33,864 nt of DNA from a virus. Lineage: Duplodnaviria; Caudoviricetes. Shown here one piece after another: positions 16,883 to 24,151 of this stretch (the first letter of the stretch is position 1; the number at the start of each line of letters is the position of its first letter). The translations under genes were made by a program, and so were the position numbers. Below the pieces are notes generated by a model that saw nothing but the letters and a program-made list of their open reading frames with translations, made no database searches and had not been told where the DNA came from. The stretch is taken from positions 1 through 33,864 of the IMG/VR virus record IMGVR_UViG_3300018050_000260, one strand, 5' to 3'.

Positions 16883-16977
16883 TGACTGTTTTTTGGGTGG
16901 TAGCACTCATGTTGATGGGATCCTTGCTGACCCTGATTGTGTTGTGGTTGATGTTGAAATTCTTGGAGCAAAAATGA
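16876..16977 (+). CDS. 33-aa single-TM peptide; absent from the ORF track
   Basis: MLMTVFWVVALMLMGSLLTLIVLWLMLKFLEQK; strong SD GGAGGT; bridges ruvC and the next gene. Confidence 0.6.
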   Translation: MLMTVFWVVALMLMGSLLTLIVLWLMLKFLEQK

Positions 16978-17207
16978 TGCATGTCAGCTACGTCAAACTG
17001 TTCCGCGACGACGAGGGCACTGTGCGTGACAGCCAAGAGGCCAACGGCGAGATCCGCAACTTCCAGCACCAGATTGAGCTGCTCAAGCAGGCGCTGGAGC
17101 GGGAGATGAACACGGTGGCCGACCTCAGAGAGCTGCTGGACTCGGTCAGGCGCATTGCGTTTGAGCTTAACGAAGAGATATTGAAGGACAGCGATGCCAA
17201 GAGGTAA
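16974..17207 (+). CDS. Coiled-coil hypothetical protein
   Basis: MMHVSYVKLFRDDEGTVRD...; SD GGAG; start revised from the ORF track. Confidence 0.65.
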   Translation: MMHVSYVKLFRDDEGTVRDSQEANGEIRNFQHQIELLKQALEREMNTVADLRELLDSVRRIAFELNEEILKDSDAKR

Positions 17208-17394
17208 AAGCGATATCACCGGTGTGAACATACAGATCTATGCGCGGGTAACGGCTGGACAGCGTGAGATGTTCCACCAGCTTGGCGGTGCCAAGTGGTT
17301 GCGCAAGCAGCTCACAGCTGAGCTGGAGAGGCGCTGGCAGGCAGAGCAGCCAAGCCTTGGCAAGAAGATCATCAGCCGTGTCTTCGGTAGATGA
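17194..17394 (+). CDS. Small DNA-binding protein, RHH-like
   Basis: MPRGK...IYARVTAGQREMFHQLGGAKWLRKQL; SD AAGGA. Confidence 0.65.
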   Translation: MPRGKSDITGVNIQIYARVTAGQREMFHQLGGAKWLRKQLTAELERRWQAEQPSLGKKIISRVFGR

Positions 17395-17671
17395 GCTGGC
17401 CTGCCCAGCATGCGGCAAGGTACACCCAGATGCCAAGCTCATCACGCTGCCAGATGGCAGCATTGTGGGCAGCTACAGCGAAGCCTACCGGGCATACACC
17501 GAGGCCAAGTGGGTGCTGGAGAAGCTGCCGGTCACGGTTAACCGCAGGCGCAAGAAGACACCGCAGATCAGCAGGCGGGACTACATCATGGCGGTGCTTG
17601 ACAAGCGTGGCCAAGAGTCAGCCGATGAGCTGGCCAACAACGTCACCAAGCTATGGAAGGCAGCCAAGTGA
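17378..17671 (+). CDS. Hypothetical protein with CPACGKVH metal-binding-like motif
   Basis: Probable GTG start at 17378 (uncertain); stop overlaps the rep gene start. Confidence 0.6.
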   Translation: MSSVDELACPACGKVHPDAKLITLPDGSIVGSYSEAYRAYTEAKWVLEKLPVTVNRRRKKTPQISRRDYIMAVLDKRGQESADELANNVTKLWKAAK

Positions 17672-18612
17672 ACGCGATGACTGAGCCTGTCAACTTTGCC
17701 ATACCCAAGAAGCCCAAGATCAAGGAAGAGCCGCTGGCACCTGATCAGCGCAAGATCGCGGTCATACCGATCCGAGCCTGCACAGACAAGGATCTAACAC
17801 CCGGCATGATCAGGTCATTCATCCTGATATGCAGCTACATGAACCGGTCTGGGATTACATGGGTTGGCCAAAAGACCATGGCAGACAGGCTGGGCATCAG
17901 CCAGCAAGCCATCAGCAAGCACCTAGTCAAGCTGATCAAAGCAGGCTACCTAGAGGTACTTAAGAAGCCCATGCCCGGCGCAAGGCACACCACATGGCGT
18001 GTCATCTTCGACCCAAGCATCAGTGCCGAGGACGCAGTCAGCATCACCAGCAGCATCGAAGACACCAGACCACCCTACATGAAGGAGCAGCAAGCAATGG
18101 AAGCAGACAAACCAGATCCAGAGGGCCAGCGCAGAGTCGCCCAAGCAATCAGCAAAGCACTCAAGCAACCAATCAAGAGGTACACAACCATGCCCAAACA
18201 AGGCGAAACAGTCACAGTCAGGAACATGAAAGCAGCCATCAAAAAGGCACAAGCCAAGGGATCACAGGCACAACCTCCAGAGGTTGTACAACAAGACAGC
18301 AAACAGGCACAACCAGTGCCTGTGGATAACTCTGTCCAGATACAACCTAAAGGCGTTTATGGCACAACCTCTGAGGGTTGTAGAGAACACAAGAACAAGA
18401 CAACATGTGAAGAAGTTTACTTAAAAGAAGAAGACAACATGTCTGTTCTGCACAACCAAGATCTGCAACAACTTGTCAGCGACGGCATGTCTGCACAGCA
18501 GATCCGAGACTGCCTCGACACGCTGCTGCCGCTGTACGCAGCCGAGGGCATCAAGCCCAGCTCGGCAGTCCTGATGGCAGGGATCAGGCAGTTGCAGGCA
18601 GATGCCAGATGA
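17668..18612 (+). CDS. Replication initiator with winged HTH (lambda O-like role)
   Basis: GITWVGQKTMADRLGISQQAISKHLVKLIKAGYLEV wHTH; gene contains iterons and a DnaA box. Start GTG 17668 or ATG 17677. Confidence 0.78.
   Translation: MNAMTEPVNFAIPKKPKIKEEPLAPDQRKIAVIPIRACTDKDLTPGMIRSFILICSYMNRSGITWVGQKTMADRLGISQQAISKHLVKLIKAGYLEVLKKPMPGARHTTWRVIFDPSISAEDAVSITSSIEDTRPPYMKEQQAMEADKPDPEGQRRVAQAISKALKQPIKRYTTMPKQGETVTVRNMKAAIKKAQAKGSQAQPPEVVQQDSKQAQPVPVDNSVQIQPKGVYGTTSEGCREHKNKTTCEEVYLKEEDNMSVLHNQDLQQLVSDGMSAQQIRDCLDTLLPLYAAEGIKPSSAVLMAGIRQLQADAR
18246..18382. other. Putative replication origin (palindromic iterons plus DnaA box)
   Basis: GGCACAACCTC-N4-GGTTGTA at 18267 and 18361; half-sites at 18246, 18306 and 18341; TGTGGATAA at 18321-18329. 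Confidence 0.75.
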
Positions 18613-18977
18613 TTGGATACCCCGCCAAGCCACAGGAACCAGCCTTGCAGCCACGATCACAGGCTGGTCTAGGTAAGGGTAGCCACTCGACCTGTCAGCG
18701 TGTTGTAGGGCTTGTAATTCGGTCTGTCCAACCAGCATACGAACGTATGGATTTTGTACAGGGCTGGCAGATCGATGCGTGTCTGGCTGCTAGCAGGGTC
18801 AGGCTTGCATATGCGCCAGCGGGTGCGCAGGCGATCCGCGCCCGACGACGCGCAAGGAACGCGACCCTTGCCCCCCACCCCACACCGTAGCGTACGGGGC
18901 CCACTCCAAAATTTTCCCTTCTTTTTTCTTGGGGGCTTTTCCCTACTTTTTCAACGACAATCATGTAAAGGACTTTT

Positions 18978-19274
18978 ATGACAAACGACAATGAGATCAA
19001 GCCCAGTGAGGGCAAGGCGTGGAAGAACGCTGAGAAGACTGAGGCGTGGCATGGCGACTACAAGGGCACGTTTGTGATGCCTGATGGCACGAAGCACTTC
19101 TTGGACATCTACGTCAACAAGAAGCCTGACGGCGGGGCTTGGTTCAAGATCAAGGTGGGCAAGGCCAAGATGAGCAGCTCTGGGTCTGTGGCTGCTGCTG
19201 CGCCTGTGTTTGCTGCTCCCCAGCCGAGCCCCAAGCCTGCGGTGCCGGACAATGATGACGATATACCGTTCTGA
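18978..19274 (+). CDS. SSB-like single-stranded DNA-binding protein
   Basis: Short beta-rich core, Pro/Ala linker and acidic C-terminus NDDDIPF; SD AAGGA. Confidence 0.7.
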   Translation: MTNDNEIKPSEGKAWKNAEKTEAWHGDYKGTFVMPDGTKHFLDIYVNKKPDGGAWFKIKVGKAKMSSSGSVAAAAPVFAAPQPSPKPAVPDNDDDIPF

Positions 19275-19702
19275 TGGCACGGGTTAAGTCAACCGTGATC
19301 CCACCCCTGACCAACTGGGGCGGGGTGAGGTCTGTGCAGCGCAGGCTGGAGCGCTCAAGCACCATCATGGCCAACAAGGAGGCCGTGGCTTATGCGTTGC
19401 TGAGCATGGCCAACACCAAGCTGACAGACATCATGAGCTGGGATGAGCAGGGCAATGTGACGGTGAAGAGGTCTAGCGATATACCTGAGCACGCGCTGCA
19501 TGCGATCAAGAGCATCAAGGTCAACAGCAAGAAGGACTCTGATGGCAATGTGTACTCCACGCTGGACATTGAGCTGTATGACAAGGTGGGAGTCTTGAGG
19601 CTGCTGGCCAAGGCCAGTGGTCTGCTTGACAACCCTGACGACGGCAATGAGAAGCCGAGTGTGATTGATATCAATGTTGTGGCACCAAGGGGGGAAGCAT
19701 GA
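19274..19702 (+). CDS. terS: Terminase small subunit
   Basis: DIMSWDEQGNV...AIKSIKV...IELYDKVGVLRLLAK pattern; upstream of TerL. Confidence 0.75.
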   Translation: MARVKSTVIPPLTNWGGVRSVQRRLERSSTIMANKEAVAYALLSMANTKLTDIMSWDEQGNVTVKRSSDIPEHALHAIKSIKVNSKKDSDGNVYSTLDIELYDKVGVLRLLAKASGLLDNPDDGNEKPSVIDINVVAPRGEA

Positions 19703-20109
19703 CACAAGAAGCATTACGCATGGCGCTTGAGGCGTTGGAAGCAAACGACCAACTTATCAACGGAACTGGCACTAAAGGAGGATTGGTGTACTGCATGGAT
19801 GGCTATTATTCTGGTTGTTTTGATGTTGACCCAATCAATAAACAAACAGAAGAAGCCATAGCTGCCATCAAAGAAGCCTTGGCACAGCGCACAGAGCAGA
19901 ACTTTTGCTCACGATGCGGCAAACGTACAAAGGACATTCACACTTGTACCCCACCACAGCGCAGCGAATCGTCTGGCAAGCCATCCGCATGGGTAGGGCT
20001 GACGGATGAGGAGATTGCACAGGGCTGGAAAGAATCGTGGGTTACTGAACAAGCATGGCAGTCAGCAGTGTGGTGGGCAGAAGACAAACTCAGGAATAAG
20101 AACACATGA
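19699..20109 (+). CDS. Modular hypothetical protein (EALRMALEALE / CxxC..HxC / WVGLTDEEI)
   Basis: 136 aa, AT-richer than its neighbours, ATGA-coupled. Confidence 0.75.
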   Translation: MTQEALRMALEALEANDQLINGTGTKGGLVYCMDGYYSGCFDVDPINKQTEEAIAAIKEALAQRTEQNFCSRCGKRTKDIHTCTPPQRSESSGKPSAWVGLTDEEIAQGWKESWVTEQAWQSAVWWAEDKLRNKNT

Positions 20110-20357
20110 ACACTTGTCCAAACTGCGGAAAGGTAGCAGGTCTTCACTCAAGCATATTGCAAGGGTGTATGTGTCAATACGCAATGCAAGCGCCAGCACA
20201 GCGCACATGGGTAGGGCTAGAGGGAGAAGAAATTAGGAATTTGTGGGAAGAAGCCACAAAACCCGACAGAAGCACCATGACTATGGTCACATCATTTGCA
20301 AAGAGCATTGAAGCCAAACTCAAGCAAAAGAATCATGTGGCGCAAGAGACAAATTAA
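20106..20357 (+). CDS. Modular hypothetical protein (CPNCG...H...CMC / WVGL...IEAKLK)
   Basis: 83 aa, C-terminal module paralogous to the preceding gene. Confidence 0.7.
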   Translation: MNTCPNCGKVAGLHSSILQGCMCQYAMQAPAQRTWVGLEGEEIRNLWEEATKPDRSTMTMVTSFAKSIEAKLKQKNHVAQETN

Positions 20358-20374
20358 AAGACTGGAGCAACAAG

Positions 20375-21928
20375 ATGAGCCGTACCAAAGAGATGTCCGA
20401 CAAGAGCGTGCCGATGGCGGGTCTGAACCTAGACTTCAGCGAGTCGCCAGTGATCTACGACTTCATCCAGAGCAAGAACTTTGTGCAAGGGATCATGGGG
20501 CCGGTGGGCTCGGGCAAGAGCTACGGGTGCGCAGCCAAGATCTTCATCAAGGCGGTGCAGCAAAAAGCCAGCCCGATTGACAACGTCAGGTATTCACGCT
20601 GGGCCATTGTCCGAAACAGCTACCCCATGCTGAAGACGACAACCATCAAGACATGGCTGGATCTCTTTCCTGAGTCAACCTTTGGCCCCATGCTGTGGAC
20701 ACCGCCCATCACCCACCACATCCGCTTGCCTGCCCGTGAGGGTGCCGCTGGGATTGACTGCGAGGTGATATTCCTTGCCCTTGATCAACCCAAAGATGTC
20801 AGGAAGCTGCTGTCCTTGGAGCTGACAGGTGCTTGGGTGAACGAGGCGCGTGAGCTTCCCAAGGCTGTGATTGATGGCTTGACCCACCGGGTTGGCCGAT
20901 ACCCCACCAAGCGCGATGGCGGCGCTACTTGGCACGGCATCTGGATGGACACCAACCCCATGGATGATGACCATTGGTGGCACCGCATGGCCGAGAAGGA
21001 GAAGATGACTGGCCAGTACGCTTGGAAGTTCTTCAAGCAGCCCGGCGGTGTGGTGCCTGTGGATGTTGAAGACTTGCCTGAGAACCCAGAGGCCAATGAC
21101 CACATCTTTGCGTCGGGCAAGTGGTGGAAAGTCAACCCCAAGGCCGAGAATGTCCACAACCTGCCACCCGGCTACTACCAGCAAATGCTGCTTGGCAAGA
21201 ATTTGGACTGGATCCGCTGCTATGCCGGTGGCGAATACACCTATGTCCAAGAAGGTAGGCCTGTTTGGCCGGAATACGAGGACAGTACCATGTCCGGCGA
21301 CACCGAAATTGAACCCAATGTGCCCATACAGGTGGGGCTTGACTTCGGATTGACCCCTGCTGCGACCATTGGCCAGCGCTTGCCCAACGGTCGGTGGCTG
21401 ATTCACCAAGAAATTGTGACCTTTGACATGGGATTGGAGCGCTTTGGCCACCAGCTGCTGGGTGAACTGAACCAGCGCTACCCTAATCACCAAGTTTTGG
21501 TCTGGGGCGACCCGGCAGGTATGGCCAGAGAAACCATTTACGAGACGACTGCCTTTGATCACTTGAAAACCTTGGGGCTGCGAGCTCAACCCACGGCCAG
21601 CAACGACTTCAAGGTGCGCCGCGAGGCCTCTGCCGCGCCCATGCAGCGGCTGATTCAAGGCAAGCCGGGGCTTATTGTCAACCGCGAGTGCAAGCTGCTG
21701 CGCAAAGCGCTTGCCGGTGGCTACCACTTCAAGCGGGTGGCGGTCGGCGCTGGCCAAGAGCGCTTTCGCGACGCGCCAAACAAGAACGAGCACTCACACA
21801 TTGGTGACTCCTTCGGCTACCTGATGCTTGGCGGTGGCGAATACAACCGCATGACCCGCACCCACCAGCTTGGCGGCAGACCCATGGGCCAGTCCAGCGC
21901 CAGCACCGACTTTGATGTGTTTGCATGA
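20375..21928 (+). CDS. terL: Terminase large subunit
   Basis: Walker A GPVGSGKS, Walker B AWVNEARE, coupling motif DTNP, nuclease GLDFG, WGDPAG and SHIGD. Confidence 0.96.
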   Translation: MSRTKEMSDKSVPMAGLNLDFSESPVIYDFIQSKNFVQGIMGPVGSGKSYGCAAKIFIKAVQQKASPIDNVRYSRWAIVRNSYPMLKTTTIKTWLDLFPESTFGPMLWTPPITHHIRLPAREGAAGIDCEVIFLALDQPKDVRKLLSLELTGAWVNEARELPKAVIDGLTHRVGRYPTKRDGGATWHGIWMDTNPMDDDHWWHRMAEKEKMTGQYAWKFFKQPGGVVPVDVEDLPENPEANDHIFASGKWWKVNPKAENVHNLPPGYYQQMLLGKNLDWIRCYAGGEYTYVQEGRPVWPEYEDSTMSGDTEIEPNVPIQVGLDFGLTPAATIGQRLPNGRWLIHQEIVTFDMGLERFGHQLLGELNQRYPNHQVLVWGDPAGMARETIYETTAFDHLKTLGLRAQPTASNDFKVRREASAAPMQRLIQGKPGLIVNRECKLLRKALAGGYHFKRVAVGAGQERFRDAPNKNEHSHIGDSFGYLMLGGGEYNRMTRTHQLGGRPMGQSSASTDFDVFA

Positions 21929-21953
21929 GAGATATCGCCACGATATACAGCCA

Positions 21954-21981
21954 TTGCCCCTTGTACAAAGCTCATTAGAAT
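21954..21981 (+). promoter_or_regulatory. Putative sigma70 promoter for the head operon (possibly leaderless)
   Basis: TTGCCC-16 nt-TAGAAT with ATG 8 nt downstream and no SD; GATATCGC and CGATATAC boxes just upstream. Confidence 0.55.
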
Positions 21982-21989
21982 CTGTTGGT

Positions 21990-22466
21990 ATGAGTACAGC
22001 CATCATTGAAATGCCCAAAGCAAATCTGCCTGCACCAGTGGCGCGGCAGAAGATCATGGCTATTCAAAAGGCTTGTCAAGCGCTGCCAGATGGTGAGCGC
22101 ATGGATGAATCCCCGCCTCTCAAGCATTGGCTTGCACCCGGAATCTATGCGCGTGAGATCCATCTGCCTGCTGGCACGGTGGTGGTAGGCAGGATCCACC
22201 GCCATCGCCATTTCAACATCATCAGCCAAGGCAGCATCACTTGCTACACCGAGTTTGGGTTGGAAACACACACAGCGCCAGCGTCATTTATTTCTGAGCC
22301 CGGAACCAAGCGGGTGGTTCATACCCATGAGGACGCGATCTGGACAACCATTCATCCAAATCCAACCGACGAGACAGACATCAAAACATTGGAAGACATG
22401 TTCACCGCAATGGAATACGCTGAGCTGGGCATGGAAGTCTATGAATTTAAGGAGGTAATTAAATGA
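21990..22466 (+). CDS. Cupin-fold (RmlC-like) protein
   Basis: HWLAPGIYAREIHLPAGTVVVGRIHRHRHFNIISQG...PGTKRVVHTHED cupin pattern; start revised to ATG 21990. Confidence 0.75.
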   Translation: MSTAIIEMPKANLPAPVARQKIMAIQKACQALPDGERMDESPPLKHWLAPGIYAREIHLPAGTVVVGRIHRHRHFNIISQGSITCYTEFGLETHTAPASFISEPGTKRVVHTHEDAIWTTIHPNPTDETDIKTLEDMFTAMEYAELGMEVYEFKEVIK

Positions 22467-22912
22467 GCTATTTCATCTCTGGTGCCATCGTTCTAAGCAC
22501 TGCATACAACGCTAATGAGGCGCGTAAATCACGCCAACAAGCTGAGAATGACCAGCGCACCATGCTGGCTCAGCAGGCCTCTGACCAAGCAGCCATGCGA
22601 CTTGAGTTGTCCAAGCAAACCGCTGAGTATGCCAAGCAAGGCGCGTCCCTTGAGCAGCAGGCCCAGATTGCCCGTGAGCAGTTTGCAACATCGCAGCAAA
22701 ACTACCAGACCAACAAGCTGGAAATGGAACGCAAGGCCAAAGAAGTGCAAGATGCTGCCGACGAAGAGCGCCGCAAAGCTGCAGCTGCCGAGGCATCCGC
22801 ACTCAGAGCTCGCACCCGTGGTGGCCGCAGATCTCTTCTCTCAGGCGAGCGCATGGATGCCGAGCTTGGTCTAGGCATGGATCTCGGCAGCGCAGGCATG
22901 AGGATCCAGTAA
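22463..22912 (+). CDS. Coiled-coil hypothetical protein, possibly virion-associated
   Basis: 149 aa, Q/A-rich, C-terminal RGGRRSLLSG; strong SD AAGGAGGT. Confidence 0.7.
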   Translation: MSYFISGAIVLSTAYNANEARKSRQQAENDQRTMLAQQASDQAAMRLELSKQTAEYAKQGASLEQQAQIAREQFATSQQNYQTNKLEMERKAKEVQDAADEERRKAAAAEASALRARTRGGRRSLLSGERMDAELGLGMDLGSAGMRIQ

Positions 22913-23514
22913 TGGCCACACTGCCCCAATTCAAACAACGCCAGATCGCCCGGCGCAGCACATCTGACATTGACCGCTTGGCCAAGCAGTACAAAGCCAA
23001 CATCGATGCGCTGACCGGCGAGTACCAAACCGCATTTGCTGGGTACCAAACTGGCGTGGCCGAGAAGATGAAGCCTTTTGAAGAGCAGATGGCCACATAC
23101 AAAGAGTCGCTGCTTCCAACCTACGAAGCGCAGAAGTCTGCTTACCAAAAGAAGCTGGATGAGTACACCGCCACGCTGGCCGAGCTGGAAAAAAATCCTG
23201 TCATTGAGCGCACAGCAATTAAAGAAACCAAAACACCACGCTGGGGTCTGTTTGGCCTTGCTGGCTATGAAACCAAGCGCGAGCCATATACCTACTACGA
23301 ACCAAAACCAATCCCCACGTTCACCGAAAAAGCACCTGCGCTGCCAACCGCGCCAGTTGCGCCAGAGGTAGAAAAGTTTGACGAAGGCGAGTTCGGCACC
23401 AAGCGTGCTGCAGCAGAGAGCGAGTTCAAGCGAGAGGTGGGCGAACGCAAGGCCGCAAGGCGCGGTGCCGTTTCTCGCAAGATAACCAGACCAATGTTAA
23501 GAGGAGCTGAATAA
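22912..23514 (+). CDS. Hypothetical protein
   Basis: 200 aa, TAATG-coupled on both sides. Confidence 0.75.
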   Translation: MATLPQFKQRQIARRSTSDIDRLAKQYKANIDALTGEYQTAFAGYQTGVAEKMKPFEEQMATYKESLLPTYEAQKSAYQKKLDEYTATLAELEKNPVIERTAIKETKTPRWGLFGLAGYETKREPYTYYEPKPIPTFTEKAPALPTAPVAPEVEKFDEGEFGTKRAAAESEFKREVGERKAARRGAVSRKITRPMLRGAE

Positions 23515-23675
23515 TGCCCGGACACTACGACATGAAAGCAGACAAGATGAAAGACAAAGTCGCCAAGACCATGCGCGAATACAAGGCTGGCAAGCTCAAG
23601 AGCTCAAGTGGCGACAAGGTCACAAGCCAAAAGCAAGCCGTGGCCATTGCCATGTCCAAGGCTGAAAAGAAATGA
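23514..23675 (+). CDS. Small Lys-rich protein (DUF6496-like); absent from the ORF track
   Basis: KVAKTMREYKAGKLKSSSGDKVTSQKQAVAIAMSKA (53 aa); SD GAGGAG. Confidence 0.75.
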   Translation: MPGHYDMKADKMKDKVAKTMREYKAGKLKSSSGDKVTSQKQAVAIAMSKAEKK

Positions 23676-23830
23676 AAGAAGTCTGGGACAAGCCCCGGCC
23701 AAAAGATCTTGGCAAGCCAAAGGAGATGTCGTCAGCTGAGAAGCGCAACGCCATGCGCCGCGCTGCCAAGGCTGGCCGACCTTATCCCAACTTGGTTGAC
23801 AACATGGCTGCGGCGCGAGAAAAGAAGTGA
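23672..23830 (+). CDS. Small basic protein; absent from the ORF track
   Basis: MKEVWDKPRPKDLGKPK...AAKAGRPYPNLVDNMAAAREKK (52 aa); ATGA and GTGA overlaps. Confidence 0.7.
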   Translation: MKEVWDKPRPKDLGKPKEMSSAEKRNAMRRAAKAGRPYPNLVDNMAAAREKK

Positions 23831-24150
23831 GCAAGTACAAGGATCCAGAGGGTGGGCTGACCGAAGCCGGTCGGCGCAAGTTTGAAAGCTCTGGTGAAAG
23901 CGGCAACCTGCAGCCGGGTGTCAAAGACAAGAGCCCAGTAGGCCAAGCACTGCGTCGCAAAGGATCGTTCCTTACCCGTTTTTACACCAACCCAAGCGGC
24001 CCACTGGTGGATGACAAGGGCGAGCCCACCCGGCTGGCGCTGGCAGCCAATGCGTGGGGTGAGCCGGTGCCGCGCACAGCTGGCGCAGCTGCAAAGCTGG
24101 CAGCCAAAGGCCGCAACATGTTGGAGAAGTACGAATTGCAAAAGGATTGA
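23827..24150 (+). CDS. Basic hypothetical protein (DUF6321-like)
   Basis: KDPEGGLTEAGRRKF...RRKGSFLTRF...PTRLALAANAWG. Confidence 0.7.
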   Translation: MSKYKDPEGGLTEAGRRKFESSGESGNLQPGVKDKSPVGQALRRKGSFLTRFYTNPSGPLVDDKGEPTRLALAANAWGEPVPRTAGAAAKLAAKGRNMLEKYELQKD

Positions 24151-24151
24151 T

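Noticed and set aside
18609-18890. 93-aa ORF after rep
   Set aside because: The ATGA overlap is suggestive, but codon usage is atypical, there is no motif, and it runs into the putative pac island. Not supportable as a gene.
20675-21793. 372-aa antisense ORF (and similar long ORFs at 23972-24733, 26227-26964, 12787-13461, 5362-6018)
   Set aside because: Shadow frames of well-supported genes with biased codon usage; no recognisable motifs.
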